Shown in pieces: positions 1 through 8,433 of a DNA stretch of 64,000 bases (position 1 is its first letter; every line of letters starts with the position of its first letter). A program made the position numbers and the translations under genes. The notes under the pieces are model-generated. The model searched no databases, was not told where the DNA came from, and saw nothing but the letters and a program-made list of their open reading frames with translations. This stretch comes from Candidatus Kaiserbacteria bacterium (lineage in GTDB: Bacteria; Patescibacteriota; Minisyncoccia; Phycocordibacterales; UBA2100), in NCBI GenBank assembly GCA_028286585.1, contig JAQBRI010000009.1, positions 28,010-92,009 of the forward strand, read 5' to 3'.

Positions 1-1
1 T

Positions 2-415
2 TCTGCACAAACAACAGCAGTTGTAACAGAGGCAACTACAACTTCGGGTACAATCGTTACACAACCACAAGGCACTTCTACTACTGGTAGTACTCCCCCT
101 ACTCCAACTCCGACCCCTAAGCCAGTTTCAATATATAAGGATGGTAGTTTTACGGGCGACAACGTTGACGCTGTGTACGGTCCAATGCAGGTAACTGCAG
201 TCATTTCGGGTGGCAAACTGACCGCAGTAACCATACTAAAAAAGCCAACTGGCCGAGGTGAGACAGATCAGATCAATGGAGCGGCATTGCCTACGCTTGT
301 TCAAGAATCAATTACTGCACAAAGTGCGAATGTTGACGGAGTTTCTGGCGCAACACAATCATCTGACGGTTTTAAAAGCTCTCTAACTTCTGCTCTTGTA
401 AAGGCAAAAGCATAA
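2..415 (+). CDS. FMN-binding (FMN_bind-type) domain protein, 5' end cut by window edge
   Basis: Frame 2 is open from the window edge to TAA 413-415. The visible N-terminal part is a Thr/Pro-rich linker (TTAVVTEATTTSGT...TPPTPTPTPKP). The C-terminal part '...VISGGKLTAVTILK...VDGVSGATQSSDGFKSSL' carries the D-x-x-S-G-A-T motif typical of ApbE-flavinylated FMN_bind domains. Confidence 0.7.
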   Translation, partial: SAQTTAVVTEATTTSGTIVTQPQGTSTTGSTPPTPTPTPKPVSIYKDGSFTGDNVDAVYGPMQVTAVISGGKLTAVTILKKPTGRGETDQINGAALPTLVQESITAQSANVDGVSGATQSSDGFKSSLTSALVKAKA

Positions 416-446
416 TAACTGCAAAAGTTTGAAACAATTTATCACC

Positions 447-1967
447 ATGTCTTATATCGATTTCTTTTTAAATAAGATAACGATGTACAGTCTGGTTTTG
501 TACTATCTGCTTACGCTTCTTGGTGTTGCAATAATCGAGAGTTTCTTACATATACTTTCGTATGATCCGCTCTACATTTTACTTTCTGCAATCTTTTTGA
601 GTGCAGTATGCTGGGGAACAAATCGCCTCTGCGCATACATCTGGAAGATTCCGGCAAACGCTGAGTCGTCGATCATCACGGCACTTATTATTGCGCTTAT
701 CGTAACGCCGGTTGCACCAATGATATCGTTTTTTCCGCTTCTTTGGATGGGAATATTGTCACAGGTAAGTAAATACATCCTTACGGTCCGCGGAAAGCAT
801 ATATTTAATCCGGTAGCTGTTGGAGTGGCACTGGTGGGCATATTGCTTGGCTCATACGCCTCATGGTGGGTTGGCGGGACAATCTATCTTATGCCGTTTG
901 TCATTATTGGCGGTCTGCTGATCGTTAGAAAAATTCATCGGTTTGATATGGTGCTGGTCTATATTGTTGTATCAATAGTCGTGGGACTTATTCCAACAAT
1001 TGTCCAAGCAGGTGACATTCCAAACATAGCGCTGCGTCTTGTAGAACACACGCCAATATTCTTTTTTGCCTTTATCATGCTCACTGAGCCGCTCACGACT
1101 CCGCCGCGAAGAGCTGCACGCATGACGTATGCAACAATTATTGCAGCACTTGCAGCACCATGGGTGCACTTTGGAGAGTTTATTTATTTCACTCCGGAAA
1201 CGGCACTCCTTGCCGGTAATGTTTTTTCATATTTTATGAGTTCCCCATTCAAAAAACTGGCAACTCTTACGCAAATCAACCAAATCTCACGCGGTACGTA
1301 CGAGTATGTATTTGATGCGCAGGCAAAATTTCTTCCTGGGCAATATGCAGAATGGACAATTCACACCAAACACGATGACTCACGCGGTAATCGACGATAC
1401 TTTACTATCGCATCCTCACCTGCCGAAGGCGATCTTCGTATTGGCGTCAAAGTCTACGACAAACCCAGCACCTACAAACAGTCGCTGATGCAGCTCAAAG
1501 TTGGTGACACGATTCTTGCTGGCAGTATCGCAGGAGATTTTACAATGCCGCATGATACAACTCAAAAAATAGCTTTCATTGCGGGCGGCATTGGCATCAC
1601 ACCATTTCGAAGTATGGTGCAGCATATGATTGATACGCAGCAAAAACGCGATGCAGTTCTTTTGTATTCAAATCGCTCGGAGGACGAAATTGCCTATTAC
1701 GACTTCTTTCAAAATGCCTCCAATGTCTTGTCTCCTTCGTTTCGAGTGATACATACGCTCACCGACCCAGGAATATCAAACACATGGAATGGTGAAAAAG
1801 GTTTTATCGATGGCGCATTTATCGAGCGCACCGTGCCAGACTACAAAGAAAGAAAGTTTTATATTTCGGGCCCGCAAGGAATGGTCTCGGCGTGTCTTTC
1901 GGCACTTCTTAAGTTAGGAGTACCTCGTACAAATATTCACACCGACTACTTTCCCGGCTTTGCATAA
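447..1967 (+). CDS. polytopic membrane protein fused to ferredoxin-NADP-reductase-like FAD/NAD(P)H-binding domain
   Basis: The ORF is 429..1967 (TTG at 429, first ATG at 447). The N-terminal ~270 aa is a series of hydrophobic helices including 'HIFNPVAVGVAL'. The C-terminal half has FNR-family motifs 'RRYFTIASSP' (R-x-Y-[ST] FAD site) and 'GGIGITPFRSM' (nucleotide-binding glycine motif). It starts a few nt after the FMN_bind gene. Confidence 0.8.
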   Translation: MSYIDFFLNKITMYSLVLYYLLTLLGVAIIESFLHILSYDPLYILLSAIFLSAVCWGTNRLCAYIWKIPANAESSIITALIIALIVTPVAPMISFFPLLWMGILSQVSKYILTVRGKHIFNPVAVGVALVGILLGSYASWWVGGTIYLMPFVIIGGLLIVRKIHRFDMVLVYIVVSIVVGLIPTIVQAGDIPNIALRLVEHTPIFFFAFIMLTEPLTTPPRRAARMTYATIIAALAAPWVHFGEFIYFTPETALLAGNVFSYFMSSPFKKLATLTQINQISRGTYEYVFDAQAKFLPGQYAEWTIHTKHDDSRGNRRYFTIASSPAEGDLRIGVKVYDKPSTYKQSLMQLKVGDTILAGSIAGDFTMPHDTTQKIAFIAGGIGITPFRSMVQHMIDTQQKRDAVLLYSNRSEDEIAYYDFFQNASNVLSPSFRVIHTLTDPGISNTWNGEKGFIDGAFIERTVPDYKERKFYISGPQGMVSACLSALLKLGVPRTNIHTDYFPGFA

Positions 1968-1985
1968 TACATTTGCTTAACTGTA

Positions 1986-2597
1986 TTAGTGAACCATTCC
2001 CGGCAGCATCATGCGCGGTATTACTCCTTGCGGCTGTCCTCCGTTTACACATTCTTGATTGATGAAATCACGAGTGAGCGGGCCCATAAATCCAGTTGGG
2101 GTCGTAATACCAAATTTTGCTTGGAATCGCATCACAGCACTCTTGGTAACAGGACCAAAGTAACCGGTAATGGCGCTTTTTGGAAATACTGGATCATTTT
2201 CAAAAATGATCTGTTGTAATCTTTTTATATCTTCTCCCTGCATTCCGATTCCTATGGCGCGATCAAATTGTTTGCATTGAAAAGCTGCCGGGACAACCGG
2301 AGGCATTGCGTCTGCGACAGCCGGGGTCGAAGTACCTATTCCGCCAAGCGCCATCACTTGCTGAACAAGAGCGGAAAGCTGTTTTTTAAGAATATCAATT
2401 TGAGAAAGGAGAACATTAATCTGCGTCGTTGTTGCGGAAACTGGAGTTGTCGAAGCGGTCGATGTTGCAAGCGTGAGCGTTGTCGAGGCCGTAATAGTGT
2501 CTGTCGCTACTGTTGTCTGTGCCCACGTGTGACCAGGTAGTACTATCGCAGAAATAATCACTAGTAAAGAAAGTGTTGCATGAATTTTGCTTTGCAT
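1986..2597 (-). CDS. secreted peptidoglycan-binding domain protein
   Basis: The ORF is 1986..2648; the likely start is the ATG at 2597 (MQSKIHATLSLLVIISAIVLPGHTWA looks like a signal peptide, with AGAGG ~13 nt upstream). It has a Thr/Ala-rich linker. The C-terminus 'ITGYFGPVTKSAVMRFQAKFGI' matches the PG_binding_1 signature. Confidence 0.75.
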   Translation of the reverse strand: MQSKIHATLSLLVIISAIVLPGHTWAQTTVATDTITASTTLTLATSTASTTPVSATTTQINVLLSQIDILKKQLSALVQQVMALGGIGTSTPAVADAMPPVVPAAFQCKQFDRAIGIGMQGEDIKRLQQIIFENDPVFPKSAITGYFGPVTKSAVMRFQAKFGITTPTGFMGPLTRDFINQECVNGGQPQGVIPRMMLPGMVH

Positions 2598-2664
2598 ATA
2601 CGTAAGTATACCTCTTGCCGCGCCATTTGGTATACTGATACATATCAATTAACCTTTTCTTTGT

Positions 2665-3432
2665 ATGATTTCAACACAAATTCTCCTGGGTATCGGTATT
2701 GTAGTCGTTTTGTATGCAATGAGCTGTATTCGAATTTTGCAGCAGTATCAGCGTGGCGTCATCTTTACGCTCGGTAAATTTACCGGAGTGCGAGATGCTG
2801 GGTTTCAATTACTTTTTACTCCATTCCAAACGATGACTCGTATATCGCTTCGCACCGTCACAATGCAAATTCCATCACAAAAAATAATTACAAAAGATAA
2901 CGTATCGATAGATATTGCAGCAGTCGCTTATTACAAAATTTCTGATCCAGAAAAGTCAGTTATAGCGATCGAAGACGTATACGGTGCAATCAATCAAATC
3001 AGTCAAACAACCGTTCGCAACGTAATTGGCCGATTCAGTCTTGATCAGCTGCTTGCAGAAACGGGCAAAATAAATGAACAGATCAAAACAGTTATCGATG
3101 TACATACCGAGGCGTGGGGCGTTTCGGTTACTGCGGTAGAAATAAAAGACATAACTCTTCCCGACAACATGCAGCGTGCCATGGCCAAAGAAGCCGAGGC
3201 AGAGCGTGAGCGCCGAGCAAAGATTGTTGCAGCCGAAGGAGAGTTTCAGGCTGCGAGTAAACTTGCCGATGCCGCAGACGTGATTAGTAAGCACCCTGTT
3301 GCACTGCAGCTGCGAACGCTCCAGACGATGGCAGAAATCGCAACAGAGAAAAATTCTACTATTATCTTCCCTGCTCAATTTATGAGTACGGTACAAGATG
3401 CATTTGCGACAATCGCAAAGGACCAAAAGTAG
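2665..3432 (+). CDS. SPFH/Band 7 (stomatin/HflK-C-like) membrane protein
   Basis: 255 aa with an N-terminal TM helix, then 'ILQQYQRGVIFTLGKF...TKDNVSIDIAAVAYYKI...RNVIG...AMAKEAEAERERRAKIVAAEGE', the canonical SPFH core plus a Glu/Ala-rich coiled coil. Confidence 0.9.
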   Translation: MISTQILLGIGIVVVLYAMSCIRILQQYQRGVIFTLGKFTGVRDAGFQLLFTPFQTMTRISLRTVTMQIPSQKIITKDNVSIDIAAVAYYKISDPEKSVIAIEDVYGAINQISQTTVRNVIGRFSLDQLLAETGKINEQIKTVIDVHTEAWGVSVTAVEIKDITLPDNMQRAMAKEAEAERERRAKIVAAEGEFQAASKLADAADVISKHPVALQLRTLQTMAEIATEKNSTIIFPAQFMSTVQDAFATIAKDQK

Positions 3433-3444
3433 TTGTCATTATCA

Positions 3445-3475
3445 AGCCCCGCACTTCGCGGGGCTTTTTGTTTTG
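3445..3475 (+). terminator. rho-independent terminator after SPFH gene
   Basis: agccccgc / gcggggct 8-bp GC-rich stem with a 5-nt loop, followed by tttttgtttt. Confidence 0.8.
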
Positions 3476-3535
3476 TAGACGCGTCATACAGAATGCGCTA
3501 GTATCAAAAGAGGAACTGTAAAGTGGAGTATATTC

Positions 3536-3931
3536 ATGCGTATCCGTGTAAACAAAGACCAAAGAGATGCGAGCAATATTTTGGCTCTCCGGCTTACCGA
3601 AATGGGATATTTAATATTCCCCGTCGCGCCGTGGTATCGCAGGCACCATCTCGATCGCATCGCTATTTCAAAGTCGCAACAGCAATTTTTCTTTGTCTTT
3701 CGTCCGATGCGAAACGGAACAATTACGGTACGGCCATATAGCTATCACGGCAACGCCCCAATCCGTGACATGGTAAAGTCGCTCGGTATGGAGCAAACGA
3801 TCCGCTGCTGGAATCGCGCCCTTCCCAAGCTGAAAGATGGTGAGACGTGGTCAACATATCTTTCAAAAAGCGATGTTGTTACGTACTCGAGAATCATGGG
3901 CATGAGTCCGAGTGTGCGCAAAGCTGCATAA
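3536..3931 (+). CDS. hypothetical protein
   Basis: 131-aa ORF bracketed by two clean terminators, with no family recognised by eye. It looks slightly more GC-rich than its neighbours (not computed). Confidence 0.5.
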   Translation: MRIRVNKDQRDASNILALRLTEMGYLIFPVAPWYRRHHLDRIAISKSQQQFFFVFRPMRNGTITVRPYSYHGNAPIRDMVKSLGMEQTIRCWNRALPKLKDGETWSTYLSKSDVVTYSRIMGMSPSVRKAA

Positions 3932-3937
3932 CTTACA

Positions 3938-3959
3938 AGCGGGAACCTTCCCGCTTTTT
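3938..3959 (+). terminator. rho-independent terminator
   Basis: agcggg-aacctt-cccgct hairpin followed by a tttt run, directly after the stop of 3536..3931. Confidence 0.7.
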
Positions 3960-3990
3960 GACTGTATTTCGAAATTACAAATGTAATACT

Positions 3991-4020
3991 TTGAATATGT
4001 ATCCGAAACGTAAATATGAT
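3991..4020 (+). promoter_or_regulatory. candidate sigma70-type promoter (TTGAAT-N18-TATGAT) for the DUF1993/ABC operon
   Basis: TTGAAT at 3991-3996 and TATGAT at 4015-4020 in an AT-rich gap ~45 nt upstream of ATG 4066. This is a sequence match only. Confidence 0.3.
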
Positions 4021-4065
4021 ATAATTACTTATAACAAGTTTTATTAGTTTCTAAATAATGTTTTT

Positions 4066-4608
4066 ATGTCACAAACGAACCTATACACCGTTACTATTCC
4101 GCCAATGATAAAAGGACTTACTGCCCTTTCAACCATTCTTGATAAAGCCGAAAGCTTTGCTGAGGCTCACAAGCTTAGCTGGATGTCATTTGACGAGGCA
4201 CTTCTGAATGATCGTATTGTATTTACTCAGTTTCCATTTGTACGCCAAGTACAGCTCGCATGTGATCATGCAAAGGGCGGTGCAGGACGGCTTGCACAAG
4301 TCGAGGTACCAAAGCATGAGGATACAGAAAAGACTTTTGCAGAACTAAAAGCTCGCATCGCAAAGACTCTCGAGTTTGTACAAAGCATCAAGCCAGAACA
4401 AGTAATTGGCAAAGAAGACATCAGCGTTACATTGGCATTTTTCCCAGACAAATACCTCACCGGTTTTGACTATGCTATCGAATACCTCATGCCAAACTTT
4501 ATGTTCCACCTTACTACTGCATACTCAATCCTCCGCAAAAATGGAATGGAGATTGGTAAAGTCGACTTTGTCGGTACAATGCCATTTAAAGAACTAGCAA
4601 AAGCATAA
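4066..4608 (+). CDS. DUF1993 family protein
   Basis: 180 aa. 'LYTVTIPPMIKGLTALSTILDKAESFAE...FPFVRQVQLACDHAKGGAGRLAQVEVPKHEDTEKTFAELKARIAKTLEFV...PNFMFHLTTAYSILRKNGMEIGKVDF' closely follows the DUF1993 pattern as I remember it. Confidence 0.7.
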   Translation: MSQTNLYTVTIPPMIKGLTALSTILDKAESFAEAHKLSWMSFDEALLNDRIVFTQFPFVRQVQLACDHAKGGAGRLAQVEVPKHEDTEKTFAELKARIAKTLEFVQSIKPEQVIGKEDISVTLAFFPDKYLTGFDYAIEYLMPNFMFHLTTAYSILRKNGMEIGKVDFVGTMPFKELAKA

Positions 4609-4610
4609 TC

Positions 4611-5360
4611 ATGGACGCACTCAAAATTCAAAACGTAACCAAGACCTATAACAACGGAGTTGTTGCTCTTAAAAACACAACCCTCACGATTCCAGCGGGT
4701 GACTTTTTTGCACTCCTTGGCCCAAACGGTGCTGGCAAAACCACGCTCATTGGTATCGCCTCTGGTCTCGTCAACAAAACAAGCGGCAGCGTCGAAGTGT
4801 TTGGCTACGATACAGACAAGCAAACAGAAATGGCAAAAACCCAAATCGGACTTGTAGGACAAGAAATAAACTTTAATCCATTTGAGAAACCAATCGATAT
4901 CGTTGTAAACCAGGGCGGCTATTATGGAATACCACGCGATGTTGCTATTCCTCGTGCAGAAACATTACTCAAAGACCTCGGACTTGGTGAAAAAATGAAC
5001 GATAAGGCAATGGCGCTCTCTGGAGGAATGAAGCGCCGACTCATGATCGCACGCGCATTGATTCACAAACCAAAATTTTTGATACTTGATGAACCTACAG
5101 CCGGAGTCGACGTTGAATTGCGTCGCGGCATGTGGGACTACCTCAAGCGTCTTACGACCGACGGCGTCACCATCCTTCTCACAACGCATTATCTCGAAGA
5201 AGCAGAGCAGCTTGCAAAGCATGTGGCTATCATTCGCAAGGGTGAGATTGTAGCCAACGGCACCATGGACGAAATTCTAGCGCTCGGCAAAGACACGTAT
5301 ACTGCAGGAGACTTTAATGGAGGACGCCTTGAGCAAGTCTTTATCGAACTAACCAAATAA
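4611..5360 (+). CDS. ABC transporter ATP-binding protein (ABC-2 exporter type)
   Basis: Walker A 'GPNGAGKTT', signature 'LSGGMKRRL', Walker B 'FLILDEPTAGVD' and an H-loop 'TTHYLEE'. It starts 3 nt after the previous gene. Confidence 0.95.
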   Translation: MDALKIQNVTKTYNNGVVALKNTTLTIPAGDFFALLGPNGAGKTTLIGIASGLVNKTSGSVEVFGYDTDKQTEMAKTQIGLVGQEINFNPFEKPIDIVVNQGGYYGIPRDVAIPRAETLLKDLGLGEKMNDKAMALSGGMKRRLMIARALIHKPKFLILDEPTAGVDVELRRGMWDYLKRLTTDGVTILLTTHYLEEAEQLAKHVAIIRKGEIVANGTMDEILALGKDTYTAGDFNGGRLEQVFIELTK

Positions 5361-5365
5361 GTATC

Positions 5366-6148
5366 ATGACACCATATCAACTCTGGACATCGTTCTATAC
5401 AATGCTTCGCAAAGATGTCGTCCGCATGTTTCGTATTTGGGTACAGACATTTTTGCCTTCTGTCATCACCTCGACACTCTACTTTGTCGTCTTTGGTACC
5501 GTTCTTGGATCACGCATTGGTACCATGGGCGGAGTAAAGTACATGGAATTTGTCGTGCCAGGACTTGTGATGCTCGCGATCGTTACGACGTCTTATGCAA
5601 ACACCTCATTCACATTTTTCTCCTCTAAATTCTTTGCTCGTTCAATCGACGAAATCCTCGTCTCACCTACCCCACCTTGGCTTATGATCGCTGGATTTGT
5701 AAGTGGCGGGATTGTCCGCGGCGTACTCGTTGGTTCGATCGTGCTCGCCGTATCGCTCTTTTTCACGGGGCTTGGAATTTCGATTCACAGTCTTTTGATT
5801 ATGCTTGGATTCGCCGTACTTACCTCGCTCGTGTTTGCACTTGCTGGACTGGTAAACGGAATTTACGCTAAATCAATTGATGGCATTAACATTGTTCCGA
5901 CATTTATTCTCACGCCGCTTGTATACCTTGGCGGAGTATTCTATTCGGTACATTCACTTCCAGCAGCATGGCAGCCGGTGGTCTATATAAACCCAATATT
6001 TTATCTCATCAATGGTTTTCGCTATGGCTTTATGGGTGTTGCAGATATTCCTATCGCTGTCTCACTTGCTGTTCTTGCGGCACTGGTTGTGTTACTGGTT
6101 GGAATCAACTGGTACCTTATTCGCACTGGCCTAGGACTAAAACAATAA
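5366..6148 (+). CDS. ABC-2 type transporter permease
   Basis: 260 aa with ~6 TM helices. It lies immediately downstream of the ATPase, as expected for an ABC-2 permease. Confidence 0.85.
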   Translation: MTPYQLWTSFYTMLRKDVVRMFRIWVQTFLPSVITSTLYFVVFGTVLGSRIGTMGGVKYMEFVVPGLVMLAIVTTSYANTSFTFFSSKFFARSIDEILVSPTPPWLMIAGFVSGGIVRGVLVGSIVLAVSLFFTGLGISIHSLLIMLGFAVLTSLVFALAGLVNGIYAKSIDGINIVPTFILTPLVYLGGVFYSVHSLPAAWQPVVYINPIFYLINGFRYGFMGVADIPIAVSLAVLAALVVLLVGINWYLIRTGLGLKQ

Positions 6149-6158
6149 CTCTACAAAT

Positions 6159-6482
6159 ATGCCCGAAAAACCAAAGATAATTCAATTTCCTACTGAGCGC
6201 ACAAAAGAAGGACGCGAAAAAACAGCTGCTCGAAAAGAGGCCGTGCAAAATATACTTCTTTCTATTTCACCAAGCGCAATGCAACAACAAATGATACCGG
6301 GTAGTGCCGAAATATACACGAGAGAATTCGCCCAAATGAGTGAAGCCGAACTAGAGCAGTGGGTCGACGAATATTGTATTGATAAACCACTCGACTCTGC
6401 TGGACGAACATTCGATGATCAGGCACGAATAATGATCGGCGCAACCGAATACTTGCTACGACAGGCACAGAAAAATCAATAG
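6159..6482 (+). CDS. hypothetical protein
   Basis: 107-aa ORF, charged and soluble, with no recognised motif. It packs tightly between the permease and folA. Confidence 0.45.
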   Translation: MPEKPKIIQFPTERTKEGREKTAARKEAVQNILLSISPSAMQQQMIPGSAEIYTREFAQMSEAELEQWVDEYCIDKPLDSAGRTFDDQARIMIGATEYLLRQAQKNQ

Positions 6483-6484
6483 GG

Positions 6485-6997
6485 CTACCTCTCCAGATCA
6501 ATCCAATGATACTTAAGCCCGTTCCATTCACGGTCTTCTTTGTTCACCACATGCGTAAATTGTTCCTCATATCGAGGAAAGAAAGAATCTCCTTCTTTAT
6601 CATCATCAATCAGTGTGAGATATAGCTTGTCGACAAGCGGCAATGCTTGCGCGTAGACCTGCCCACCACCGATAACGAATATTTCGCTGTTCTCCATAGT
6701 TTTTGCGAGCTCAATTCCCTCTTTTACAGAATGGACCACATGCACATCAGGGTACGACCATGCTGAGTCGCGAGTGATTACAATGTTCGGCCTGTCTGGC
6801 AATGCCTTATGAAGATAGCTAACGATCGAATCGAATGTTTTTCGTCCCATAATCACAGGGTGTCCTTTTGTTAGTTGTTTAAACCGCTTCAGATCATCTG
6901 GGATGTGCCACAAGAGCTGATTATCCTTTCCAAGCACATGATTATGCACGCGACCATTTCCCACTGCTACAACGATACTGATTTTTGGTTTGTTCAT
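6485..6997 (-). CDS. folA: dihydrofolate reductase
   Basis: 170 aa with 'ISIVVAV...GKDNQLLWHIPDDLKRFKQLTKGHPVIMGRKTFDSI...IVITRD...VIGGGQVY', the canonical DHFR motifs. Confidence 0.9.
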   Translation of the reverse strand: MNKPKISIVVAVGNGRVHNHVLGKDNQLLWHIPDDLKRFKQLTKGHPVIMGRKTFDSIVSYLHKALPDRPNIVITRDSAWSYPDVHVVHSVKEGIELAKTMENSEIFVIGGGQVYAQALPLVDKLYLTLIDDDKEGDSFFPRYEEQFTHVVNKEDREWNGLKYHWIDLER

Positions 6998-6999
6998 AT

Positions 7000-7707
7000 T
7001 TATTTTGTTTTTAACACGTGTTCAAACAAAGGAGCATATACATCCTCTGCAATATCAATCGCCAGTTCGCTTTTATCAACTGTATCAACATATTCAATCG
7101 TAGCACTTGTAATTATCGCAAGTGGCTGTTGCTCCTTCCCCTCTCCCATTTCAAGAACGGCAGCGGTTGCAAGTGCATCAGCTACATCGGTACGCGATAA
7201 TTTAAGAAGGCGACCAAATATATCCGGGGTTTCGCGGTAGTCGCGTACACCCTTAAACCCGGCATAACCAAGCGCAACTCCTACCACTCCGGCACGTAGA
7301 GGAAATAGTCGACTGTCAGTAATCAATATTCCCAAATTTTGAATGTTGTAATGTTTTTTTAATTCACTACGCAGGCCTTCTGCTGCAATGTAACTATCCT
7401 TAGGAAGTAAAATTAATTTGCCGTCTGCATTCGACTCGTCTACTCCGGCCGAGCACATAACCATTCCATCTTTAATGGTGAGCCACGTGTACTTGGTGCG
7501 CAAAACGAATTCACTCTCTTCTGCAATAATTGCTTCGCGCTCCTCTGGTGAACTACATTCTCGAACCCGCCCTTCGGCAAGAGCGACGATTTTTGAAGTG
7601 ACCACCACAATCGATCCATCTTCTAACTTTGGGATATATTCAGTAATAAACGAGAATAAATCTTCGGATTCCTTAAAAATACGTGTTTTAACAGGTTCTA
7701 TATTCAT
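7000..7707 (-). CDS. CofE-like (F420-0:gamma-glutamyl ligase family) protein
   Basis: 235 aa. 'VVVTSKIVALAEGR' and 'SAGVDESNA...LILLPKD' match the F420_ligase/CofE family core. Its stop lies 2 nt upstream of the folA start. Confidence 0.7.
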   Translation of the reverse strand: MNIEPVKTRIFKESEDLFSFITEYIPKLEDGSIVVVTSKIVALAEGRVRECSSPEEREAIIAEESEFVLRTKYTWLTIKDGMVMCSAGVDESNADGKLILLPKDSYIAAEGLRSELKKHYNIQNLGILITDSRLFPLRAGVVGVALGYAGFKGVRDYRETPDIFGRLLKLSRTDVADALATAAVLEMGEGKEQQPLAIITSATIEYVDTVDKSELAIDIAEDVYAPLFEHVLKTK

Positions 7708-7764
7708 AGTTTGGGCAAGTTTGCATAGTATATCATTTTGAAAATCTTACGATATAATTGCCTA

Positions 7765-8433
7765 ATGGGAATTAACGCCGGCATTTTTGGGGACAAAACA
7801 AGCCTAAAAGATAGATACATTCCGGATCACAAAAAGCTCGGTGAACTTGTAAAACATTGGAAAAAGTTGGGGCTCAAAATTGTGCTTACATCAGGTACCT
7901 ACGACCTCTTTCATGTGGGTCATGCCGAATATCTCGAGCGGGCAAAAGATCTTGGCGATCTCTTGATCGTGGGAGTTGATAGTGACGCAAAGGTACGAGA
8001 GCGTAAAGGTCCTCACAGGCCAGTTGTGCCCGAAGAAGAGCGCGTGCGAATACTTTCACACCTGCGCCATGTTGATGCGATCACGCTCAAACCCGCAAAG
8101 GCAAGACCAAATTCGCTTATACGACTCATCAAGCCCGACGTGCTCGTGCTCTCAAAAAGTACCAAACACGACCCAAAATACATTGCAGAAAAACAACAGT
8201 ATTGCGGATCGATTGTACTGCTGCCTCCGCAGGCAGAAACATCTACAAGTGCAAAGGTGCGTCTTTTGCACGTAAGCGGCGCAGACAAGTTTGCAAAAGA
8301 ACTCGTCCCAAAGCTCTCAACTCTTGTCGAACTCAAACTCATGGATGGATCTCAGTCGCTTGCTCGCGCTATCGCTGCTGACATGCCAAAAATAATGGAA
8401 GATATCTTGCATGAACTCAATAACAAAAAGTAA
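7765..8433 (+). CDS. cytidylyltransferase-family nucleotidyltransferase (RibL/TagD/RfaE-domain-II-like)
   Basis: The ORF starts at TTG 7738, with the first ATG at 7765. 'VLTSGTYDLFHVGHAEYLERAKDLGDLLIVGVDSDAKVRERKG...PVVPEEERV' contains the H-x-G-H nucleotidyltransferase motif. Confidence 0.8.
   Translation: MGINAGIFGDKTSLKDRYIPDHKKLGELVKHWKKLGLKIVLTSGTYDLFHVGHAEYLERAKDLGDLLIVGVDSDAKVRERKGPHRPVVPEEERVRILSHLRHVDAITLKPAKARPNSLIRLIKPDVLVLSKSTKHDPKYIAEKQQYCGSIVLLPPQAETSTSAKVRLLHVSGADKFAKELVPKLSTLVELKLMDGSQSLARAIAADMPKIMEDILHELNNKK

Noticed and set aside
3523-4047. Small overlapping plus-strand ORFs (3523..3741, 3847..4047) around the 131-aa hypothetical gene.
   Set aside because: They overlap the longer ORF or run across its terminator into AT-rich intergenic sequence. 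Only the 3536..3931 frame is cleanly bracketed by terminators.
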